A DNA stretch of 59,332 bases, filler included, from Sphacelaria rigidula (taxonomy: Eukaryota), in the NCBI GenBank assembly GCA_964200075.2. It is 5 parts of 5 records of this genome, joined end to end, with 100 filler letters (N's around TTAATTAATTAA, not from the genome) between each part and the next. Parts side by side here need not be neighbours in the genome. Positions count along the whole stretch, not along the records: positions 47,548 to 59,332 come from CAXNAA020004504.1; 4 more parts are not named here. One strand, given 5' to 3'. The notes beneath the pieces were generated by a model that searched no databases, had not been told where the DNA came from, and was given only the letters and a program-made list of their open reading frames with translations. Positions 49,755 to 59,332 of this stretch are shown in pieces. A program made the position numbers and the translations under genes. Every line of letters begins with the position of its first letter. Position 1 is the first letter of the stretch.

Positions 49755-50159
49755 CATGCCACTACTAGGGATGGACGGGGGTATTTTGGGCACTTTCTTC
49801 CACGGAATTCCACCTCAAACTGTCGTTGAAAGCAGCAACGGTTGTTCGAACACGCTTGTTACCGATAAGTAACCCTCATTCACACTGATTGATGACGCAC
49901 CGCGAGTGTGTTCGGTCGTCTGACACACCTGTGAGTCCTTTTTTTCGTGGGAGCAACCCCCCAAATGCGAGACACTCAGTACCCTTCGGGCCGAACACCC
50001 TTAACACGACGCAGCTCCCCCTCCACGCCGCTCGCNNNNNNNNNNTTATTGAGTGAGGACCGCCGGGGGGTGTGGTCGCCTTCCCCCCCCATTCGTCTTT
50101 TTTTTTTTGGGGGCACCCCCCCCCCCCCCCCCCCCCCCCTCCCTATCGTAGCATGACTC
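49755..50159. mobile_element. Second copy of the 6410-6656 MITE (spans a 10-N gap)
   Basis: Shared AAAGCAGCAACGGTTGTTC.AA...CGCTTGTT.CCGATAA and GCACCGCGAGTGTG; right end CCCTATCGTAGCATGACTC. Confidence 0.7.
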
Positions 50160-50754
50160 CTGACAACTTTTCAGCTTAAACAAAACACAAATGGGTGGTG
50201 ATTATTATAAAACTTGATCGGGCTTCAACATGGAGGATGTATGCATACCCAGCGCAGAGATCTGTAGAACGGTTTGCATCCTTCGAATCATAACGGCTTT
50301 TAGCCACGTCTTCATTTTTTTTTCCGTGCTGGGGCTTCGGGGTTGCGTCACACGAGGTCTGCCCTCCCCTGATTTTAGCTCGTATTCGGGTCAATAGGTA
50401 GTCGTCCTGAAATATTGCATTGAAAGCGTTCCACCTTGCGGTATATCACTCATCATGAAGTCTAACATATTCTCCTGGTTAGTGCTGTGAATGTTTCCCA
50501 AATGTGACGAAGACATGTCGAGCAATGAGGTTCCGAAGAAGAGCATAACAATTGATGGTAAACTGCTGCACCATGACCGATGGTTGTCACGGAAATACTC
50601 TTTTCATTTCTCTACATATTTCGCTGAGGTGGGAACTTGTCCCCAGGTGGGCGGAGAACTGCGATAGTAACTGCACTCCAGAACGAACGCACCTGGCCGA
50701 AATATGCGGCAGGTGGGTTGCAGCAATACTATATACGCGTAAATTTAATATATC

Positions 50755-52276
50755 CATGGGGGTAGGAATCTTTCTACGATACCCCCCCCCCAAAAAAAAA
50801 AAACAGCCGAAAACTGTCACGAAGAGAATGGTCATACAGCGCCTAACAGCGGATTCTCAAAAAAATAGACGATAACCGAAATTGAGGATGGAGCTGTTCA
50901 TTGAGGATGAAAACGCGGAGGATTAAAATCGTCGTATCGACACCAAATATTCGAAATACGGTTCCATTCCTTCACCTACTGGTAGGGTTTGACAAGTACT
51001 ACACGCCATGCACATTCGGATGTCGATAGCCGAAATGTTGGGGTCCTAGGTGAAGGAACAATTTCGGGGAATTTCGGCGATCCGATCGGTTCACCTAAAT
51101 TCCTCAAACTTGTTTCACCTATGACGCCAGCACTTCCGTTATCTGAATCAAAAATTGTAGGGCGTATAGCAGCTGTCAATAGCTACCAGTAGGTGAAGGA
51201 ATGGGACCATATTTCAAAGATTTGGTGTGGATACAAGGGTTTTAATCCTCCGGGTTCTCATCCTCAATGAAAAGCGCCATCCTCACTTTCGATGATGGAC
51301 TGTTCAAAGGGGGCTGAACAAAAATATGAGGTTCAACTCAAAAACAGTGTTTTCACTGACCTAAAGTCATGACAAATCACACGCGGCCATTTGGCTACCC
51401 CCCAAAATGCTTCCGCGGGGATGCGCGGCCCTCCAGAGGCAAAACAAACCTCCGGAGGCCTACAGTCTCCCTGGAGGAAACCAAACACTACCGACCTGGA
51501 CGGCCGCGCACCCCTCCGGAGGCGTTTAATCCCTCTGGGGGCTCGAAAAGTTGACCGACCTGGAGAAATTGTGAGGGTAGCCAGATGGCCGCGTGTGAAT
51601 GACTCATATGGACGACCTCATCCCTTCCGACCTCCCTAAAACCATTTCGGGGGATTTTTAGGCTTCCGTTCCCCTTAAGGGTATGGTGTGCGAAAGCACA
51701 TTATTTTTGCCTCGATTTCGGGGTGAAAAGAGGGACGCTTTTTTGGCCCAAAAATCGCGTGCTTTCGCACAAACCCCTTGGGGAAACGTGAGGCTAGGAA
51801 TCCCCCGAAATAGTTTTAGGGAGGTCGGGAGGGATTAGGTTGTCCATATGACAGTCATATGCCATGACTTAAGGTCAGGGACAGCTCTGCTATTGAGTTG
51901 AACCTCATTTATTTGATTGCGCAACCCCATTTTTTTGAATCTGTTGACCAACACGGGAGGAATGAGGTCATCCATATATATGAAAGTCATTTGTCATGAC
52001 TTTAGGTCAAGGAAAGCACTGCTTTTGAGTTGAACCTCACTTCTTTGTTTGACCCATTTTTGAGATTCCGCTGTTGTTGCCTGATGTTTGGTTCCAGGCT
52101 GCATGAAACGCCTCATATGGCGACATTTTTGATTGGCGGAAACCAACCCAAGCGCGTGGAATTCCCAGCTGTTCTTTGTGTTCGTTTTTTTTTTATTTCG
52201 ACGTACATTACGTGTAGATTTTGCCTCCCCAAACGAGCCACTTTTTTTCTGGGGGGGGGGTACAGTAGAAAGTGTC
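50755..52276. mobile_element. Nested MITE/foldback cluster: a host MITE split by the insertion 50845-52078, which contains palindromes 50883-51285, 51327-52039 and 51605-51850
   Basis: Host halves match the intact copy at 58367-58620; the insertion has AACAGCGGATTCTCAAAAA...TTTTTGAGATTCCGCTGTT ends and GCCT on both sides. Confidence 0.75.
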
Positions 52277-53178
52277 GTCAGTGGATGGCCAGCGCCCAGA
52301 AGCGAAGGTATGCCGGCGATCATGAGTTTTTGTCTCGTGGAGAGCCACTCATTTTCCAGACGAACGGAGTTATTACTGCAAGCCACTGTGGTCTTCGTCC
52401 TCTTTCATTATCAACTTTCCGGCGGTATCCCATACACGGGTTTTCTTATCTTCTACCCTCAGCATTCGTATCTGCTCTTGCATTGAATGCGATTCTTCAT
52501 CTCACAGCCAATGCTCCTTGCCGATTCTCATCTCCGCGATCGGTGTACTGTACTTTGGCACAGTACGCAGCACCCGATGCAGACTGTGTAGATGCGATTG
52601 ATACATACTACTACTGCGTACCACGTCAAAAATTCAGAATCCATCATGATTTTGTGTTCCGACGCCTGCCAGTTTACATCAGACTGTGGTTCCGATAAAC
52701 CAGAGACTATTCGCCTGTAATCCACGGCCACTAATTCATTTCCACACACATAGAGCGTAAGTGCTACTACTGAGAGATGAATCCCGGTGTGACGATCCTT
52801 CGAATGATCCCAAGTGAGACCCGCCATGAAGGAGGTCGGATGTCGGTACAAAACTGAAGTCATTTTCCAACTTCGGGTTTCTTTGGTCAAGTGACAATGA
52901 GCAACAAAAATGTAGAATACATATTGAAATTTGTACAAGCCACAAACTGGCTAAGGTCTAAGGTGTACACCCTACTTGTCATGTACCATGGGGTCATCTA
53001 CACAGCTTGTGTGTAGAATGGTCATGGGTCAGCTGAGGAAAGGCTGGCTTGACAACACACGCTGCGGGTAACAGATATACGGCATTTGCCAACTACCTTC
53101 ACTCAACCACTTGTAGCGTGCCGAGCGCAGTTACAGCCAATTCACAGGAGGTATTGCCGGCGCCCAAGTTCAGGAAAA

Positions 53179-56100
53179 ATGGCGAAGGTTATCCGTAAGG
53201 ATTTAGAGGCCAAGCTTCAGGCTCTCAATGGCGCAGAATGGGACAGCATGTCCGAAGACGAGGTGTCTGACAACGACATTGTCGCGGAGATAGTTGATAG
53301 CACCGCTACCAAGGATAACGATGCCACGGTGGCAATATCACCGTTGCACGCGCAGCATAGGAAAGTCAAGGCAAAAAGGGGGAAGGGGGCAGCGGGGGAG
53401 TCGGTGGTGCCTGTGGGGCCCAAGGACGAGCCCTCCGGAGTTATCTACATTGGCCATATTCCACACGGTTTTTATGAGGAGGCCATGAACGGTTTCTTCG
53501 GCCAGTTTGGAGACGTTGTAAGGGTTCGGCTTTCAAGGAGTAAGAAGAGCGGGCGTTGCAAGGTATGTTTCGTGGCGTGGGTTGGTTGTCTGGAGTGGTG
53601 TGTGTGGTGTCTGAGCGTGAAACGGTGTCTGAGCGTGAAACGGTGTCTGAGCGTGAAACGGTCGTTGTACTGGTGTTGGACTGACAGTCCCGCGTGTGTA
53701 CAACCTATGGTGAGAGGGCGTGCGATACCCACCCTACACCTCAATAGTCAAGTAGCTTGAGGGGTGCGCTCTCCGCTCTCCGTGCATATTATACAAACGC
53801 TACTTCATTTCTAAGCCCTTCCATTACTATCTAACTTATTTTATGAGCGTGCGTTCTGTCGGTATGCGATATCTCACGACGCTAAGTACTGCCTGTACCC
53901 TACTCCGGGATGTAGCGTGCTTGTCCTCTACCCGATGATGATACCGTCGTTGGATTCACTGTCAGTACAACAGACAACCTTCGAATATGCCCTCGCTGCT
54001 GTGTAATCCTCTGCGGATATTCCCTACCCCCTCGTTGATGCGTGGTGGCTATCATTCCAGCAGTGCTGATTGCATCAATGTTTTAATCGTGTACTATTGA
54101 TAGCTGTATGCTGGTTGCGCTGGGTTGGGGTATGGTGTGGTGGTGTACCGTTACGTCATGTACACCTTGTGCTGTACGACTGCAGGGTTCTTACGAGTAC
54201 TGGTTCTGTGTGGTCAATCTAAGTTGCAGATCTTGCTCAAGCCATGCTGGTGTACAGGAGTCAACTTGCGCGACAAAAACTCCACATGTTGGACAAGCAC
54301 AAGTATGACTCGTGGCACTCGCACTCGGTCGGCTGCTCGTGGGCCATTTTTGGAGGTCCTTGAACACTCGAGTCATTGCTCGTGGTTAGAAAAAACAATA
54401 GGGCGAGAACTCGAGTTTTAGCTCGTGGTGGGAAAACTTAACAGGGTGAGCCTCGAGTAATTGCTTGTGGTTGAATAAAATAATAGGGCGAGCACACGCG
54501 TCATTGCTCGTGGTGAACGACTTGAGTCTAGGAGTCAGCAATCCGAAGAGCAAATAACTATCACGAGCTGCTCGACGATCTTGAACCTATAATCTTCAAG
54601 TTCATATGCATATCTGCACATGTACAAGCGTCAAGCTTCCAAGCAGACCAGGGTGGTATCCCACGTCACATATCATGTACAAGCTGCACGGTGTTTCTAG
54701 ACTGTGGTGCCTTCACGGTCGCGCCAGAAAACCTGGCGCATGTGCAAGGCATCTTGTGCCTGTACAAGGCATATCAAGCAGAACAATATATTGACATAAA
54801 ACATAACCCCAAGTCGTATCGAAAACACCCGACATGCTGGGACGTACATCGTTTGGAACAAATAAGCTGAATCGTACCAGGTGTGAGTGGGTGCTAGAAA
54901 ATGAAACGCTCATTCGCTGTGAACTGCAAAAATATCTTCAAGACCAGTTTCAATGGCAACAAATCCGTATTTGTGCAAATATGAGCATTTCAGCCTGTCT
55001 ACAGGCAATTTTATCCGGTGGATTGATTTTTCGGACCCCAGTCCGTTGCGCAATGTTTTTCGCTAGCTCTGAGGAAACCAGATCAATTCTCCGATCGTCT
55101 GGACATTGACTTTTGGTTCATCACCTTTCTGATCGAGAGACTCCCGCATCTCCCCCGAGTTGTGCTCCCGATTCGGGGGAATGCGGGAGTCTCCCGATCT
55201 GAGCAAAAAATTGATGAACCAAAAGTCAACGTCCAGGCAATCGGAGGATTGATCTGGTTTCCTCAGAGCTAGGCGAAAACATTGCCCGACGGACTGGGGT
55301 CCGAAAAATCAATGCACAGGAAAAAATCGCCTGTAGACGGGCTGAAATGCTCATATTTGCACAAATACACATTGGTTGCCATAAAAAAAGGTTGTATGAA
55401 GTCATCAGTAATACCCGCTCATGCGACACAGCCAGCTGCATGACGCTTGACAGTGTGTCTCTCATCACATGGGCGCAGCCGCACTAGCGAATGCAGGGAG
55501 CGTGAGGTGGTGCGGAGTTCTGTACAAGCAGAAGAGCCGCAGCCGCCAACAGTACAGCAAGAATGTACACGTCGAACGAGCACGATTGTGACTCGTAGCA
55601 CTCGCACTCGTGCACTCGTTCGGCTGCTCGTGGGCCGTTTTTGGAGGTCCTCGAGCACTCGAGTCATCGCTCGTGGTGGAAAAAATGAACAGGGCGAGTA
55701 CTGGAGTCATTGCTCGTGGTGGGAAAAAATAAAAGTTCAAGCATTTGGGTCATTGCCGGTGATGAAGAAAATTAATAGGGCAAGCACACGAGTCATGCCC
55801 GTGGTGTTTTTTTTAAACATTAACGAGTGTACTCCTTTCGAGGAGTGATTGCTCGTCCGACGTGACAAAAACGTTACACTGACTGTAGCAAATGTGTCAT
55901 GTTTTTTCATTTGTACCGCGTTTTCGTCAACTTGTAAATATTCAGCGCCGGGGCCGGACGTTATTCTTGCAGCTACTTCACTTCACCAGCCCGTCGGTAG
56001 ATCGGTTGTAGGACAAGAGTTGTGCCGTGATACAATTTATCCCGTGCATCGAAACTGAATTGAGACTGAGTTCTGGATTGTGCCTCTCATCACCACCCGC

Positions 56101-58353
56101 TTGAAAAGAAACCCCTCAATTTCCCACAGGGAACACTCGATGTCTAATGACTTTCCCGTAGGAGACACTTCGTGGCTCATCACCACTTGTGTATGTGTGC
56201 TTTTGGGCATGATGTCATTCTATTTTCCGGCATTTCACTTGGAGCTTCAACGCGGGCGCTTGTGTTTGAAGTTCCAGTTGGAGCACTTTGCACTTCATAG
56301 GGTTCTGTTCGCGATCCGAAGACGGGATTTTACTAATTGGGGATGGATTCTTCACTGAGGATGAGAAACCCGGAGAATTGAAATCTTCGTATCCACACCA
56401 AATCTTCGAAATATGGCTCGATTTCTTCACTTGCTGGTAGCTATCAACAATTATTACACGCCATACAAATTTGGATTTCGATAACCGAAATGTTGGGGCC
56501 CAATGTGAAAAATCATTTTTTTTGGAATTCCGGCGATGAGACCGGATCATCTAAATTCCCCATAATTGTTTTTTCACCTAGGACTCCAACATGTCGTTCA
56601 TCAGGAGCCAATTCGTATGGCGTGTAGTAGTCGTCAATAGCTACCAGTAAGTGAGGCACCATATATTTCGAAGATTCGATGTGAATACGAAGATTCCAAT
56701 TTTCCGGGTTCCCATACTCAATGAAAAATCCATCCCCAATTTGTAAAGTACCGTGTTGTCAGTCGCTTTTGTCTCGAGAAGAGAGCGTCCCGGTTCCTAA
56801 ACCATTCAATCGTTTTCATGCGCAGTTCGCAGTATAATGTTCGGCGCATTCCACTAGTCAGCCCATCACCTCTGTGCAGCATCAATACAGTTGACAGTAG
56901 ACGACGCCAGTAACCCAACTTGAACGCGGCCATATCAACGTGCGCTCAAATCACTCACCCGCCGCCTCTGCGCTGTCGCACGAGTAAGGCCCCAGCCATT
57001 TTGATCCGCGCCTTGTCCCTGAACAGGACGGTCGCTGATAGTGCCGAATATATATGATGGGAAGGCGGGCACGTTTCCGAGCACCCGGGAAACGGCCCAA
57101 CGCACAAGAAGAAACACCGCCAACCAATAGAAGGGATATATTTTGTCACCGTACCAGTGGATCCAAATGGACACACGTATTTCACATAAAATTTCAGCGC
57201 GAGATACCGACCGGTTACGGATACTCTGATCACACATGTAGAGAGCAACCTTACGCAGCCTTACGCAGCCTTGACCGCCCATCTTGGTAACGGACCTCAG
57301 ACGATAAAATGCACTTAACGATATATATCTACCTGACTACGACCTTAACGCCAGGGCTACGCTTACGTGGAGTTTTCCTCGCCGGAAGTGGCCGGTATCG
57401 TGGCATCGACTATGCACGGATACTTCCTGTACGACAAGCAGCTGGTGTGCCGCGTGCTCAAGTTCGGAGAGATACACCCCAACCTCTTCGATGGTGCCGG
57501 GCGAGAGTTCCGCAAGATTAATTGGCACGGGATGTACCGGAAGAAGAGAAACGCGGACAGGTACTTGATGAGAACATGAGGAACTAGAATCTCAACGCCC
57601 AGGCAGCATGGGTGGGCATTAGACGTCCTACGGTTGTTCGTCTTGGGAATGCTGGCACGAAGTGGTGCGGGGCATGCAGCTTACGTTGCGGTGCCATATG
57701 ACCACTCGCGGTAGACGTGGTTTTGTCAGGGCTGATTTTGATCAAAATTCCGCGGTGGAGAACGTGGATCCTGTGTGTACCTTTATGACAAAGTTCGTTT
57801 TGGAATGTTTCGGGACAAAAGAGATTCCATAGAGAGCTGGGCGTTGGGCTACTCAAGTCCATCAGTTCAAGGCGGCTTTTCGTCGCAATACCTGGTATTG
57901 TTACGAACTTGTCCGAACCTTCGGAGTGAAATCATAAGAGGCCGACCAGTTGAGCTAGGAGTCCCGTATGGGGTGAATGTCGCATGTCATGAACGGAAAA
58001 AATGAGATGAAAATACACAATCTTGGGGTAGTTAGTAGCCTATCACCATGGAAGGTGTCCGCATCAGATACCCAGTACAGAGTACTGCGCACGGTTTTGA
58101 ATGTGCAGACAACAACAACACACAACACACAACACACAACAATCTTGTCTTGGTCGGTATCAGGACGGCGGAAAAAGACGAGAAGCACACGCAAAAGTTG
58201 TTGAAGAAGGATGATAAGAAGCGAAAACAGCTGGCCGCGTTAGGCATCGAATACGACTTCTCGGGATTCGTGGCTACGCTCAAGGACAGGGAGGTGGCAG
58301 ATGAACCGGTTCAACCGAAGACGCTGCGCGATGGCGACAAGGTCAATGTGGCG
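53179..58353 (+). CDS. NOP15: NOP15/NIFK (MKI67IP)-like nucleolar RRM protein for ribosome biogenesis. Exons 53179-53562, 57355-57560, 58164-~58353; 3' end uncertain
   Basis: Spliced product [73 protein letters not shown]...HPNLF...[15 protein letters not shown] matches the Nop15/NIFK signature; splice phases 0 and 2 are consistent. Confidence 0.9.
53606..53662. repeat. 18-bp perfect tandem repeat x3 (GGTGTCTGAGCGTGAAAC)
   Basis: Direct reading; lies just inside intron 1 of the RRM gene. Confidence 0.95.
54953..55382. mobile_element. 430-bp foldback palindrome (MITE-like) in NOP15 intron 1
   Basis: ATGGCAAC...TATTTGTGCAAATATGAGCATTTCAGCC pairs with GGCTGAAATGCTCATATTTGCACAAATA...GTTGCCAT along nearly the whole length. 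Confidence 0.85.
56319..56757. mobile_element. Foldback element, same family as 50883-51285 and the fragment at 47548-47600
   Basis: TGAGGATGAGAAACCCGGAG...CGTATCCACACCAAATCTTCGAAATATGG arm with its inverted counterpart. Confidence 0.8.
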
Positions 58354-58366
58354 GTGAGATACTGTC

Positions 58367-58620
58367 ATGGACACTTCCTACGATAGCACTCCCCCCCCCA
58401 AACCAGCCCCGAAGTGTCACGAAAACAATGGTCATAGAGCGCCTGATGTTTGTGTTCAGGCTGCATGAAGCGCCTTATATGGGCGACATTGGCGAGAACG
58501 AACTCAAGCGTGGTAATTCCCAGCTGGTCGTTGTGCTCGGCTTTTCCCATTTCAATTTATGTGAAAATTTTGCCTCCTCAAACCAGGTACTTTTGGGGGG
58601 CTATCGTAAAAAGTGTCTAT
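58367..58620. mobile_element. MITE with TIR AT(G/A)GACACTT..TACGATAGC
   Basis: 21-bp imperfect TIR; homologous fragments at 180-335 and 50755-52276. Confidence 0.75.
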
Positions 58621-59332
58621 ACTCCATTTTTACCGTGGGTGACGCGGTTCCCCCCGTTCCTCTCATGAGGGGGAATGGCGACATGGAATCAGTTGGTACT
58701 ATATCAGACGGGAAAGTCTTCCGTTGAGATCGTTGGCTTGTCAACCCAGTACTAGTATAAGATATGTGAAGAAAGATGTACGTCCTCAACGCAAGCCGGC
58801 GAAAAAGGTTACCCCTGCAAGCCTCTTCTCGTTTATAGAACGCACAAAGACGCTCATGATGGACGATCGTGATGTGGGACACACATGGTGGAGAAAATTC
58901 CCAGAAGGGTCCATCGAGGAGCCACCTTTTCACATCTATCGTAGCTTTGCAATAGGAGGGACACCGCAACTGCGCCTCTAGAGTTGAGTATTCATGAAGA
59001 TACGGCGCGCCCCAAGAGTCGGCAATCTATTCGACAGTCCTCTCCGCTCACATTCTTCCAAACAAACTTGACAGTAGCTGAACCACCAGCTGTGCCCCGT
59101 AATTGCAGGAAGAATTCGTTGTTGTATCAGTCCGTTTCACCCCCCTCCCCCCCCTTCCGACACCCATGAGGCAGTGTATAAGCCGTGACTGTCTCTGGAA
59201 GTGGCGATGCCAGATAATGAGCAACTCATTGTTGGCTGTCATCCAAATGCAAGATAATTAGTACGCTTCGAGCCGAACAATTTCAGCAGGATGCAGCTCA
59301 CCCTTCATGCGACTCGCAGAACACACCACGGC

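Noticed and set aside
58724-58981. Final exon of the NOP15-like gene
   Set aside because: No clear polypyrimidine/AG acceptor in the right phase and no recognisable similarity; left unassigned

Overview
Eukaryotic, intron- and transposon-rich DNA. It is most likely a brown alga (Phaeophyceae); this is inferred from the EsV-1-7 repeat protein, the intron style and the TE content. The window is not one locus. It is five contigs of 11788, 11787, 11786, 11786 and 11785 bp joined by identical 100-nt N44-TTAATTAATTAA-N44 spacers, i.e. size-sorted unplaced scaffolds. Contig 1 holds an RGS-domain gene split by a ~7-kb MITE-filled intron. Contig 2 holds a Gypsy relic, a 4.6-kb non-autonomous LTR element, three copies of a 300-bp MITE and a 5'-truncated EsV-1-7 Cys-repeat gene. 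Contig 3 holds the 3' half of one Ty3/Gypsy element and a complete but decayed chromodomain-bearing Gypsy element. Contig 4 holds nine exons of a PPR gene, with a SINE and a LINE in its introns. Contig 5 holds nested foldback elements and a NOP15/NIFK-like RRM gene. The most interesting leads are the hypervariable positions in the EsV-1-7 array, a LINE that apparently ends in poly(C), an integrase with a possible second Royal-family domain, and a MITE family with AAC termini and 4-bp TSDs. All alignments were done by eye and no database searches were run.
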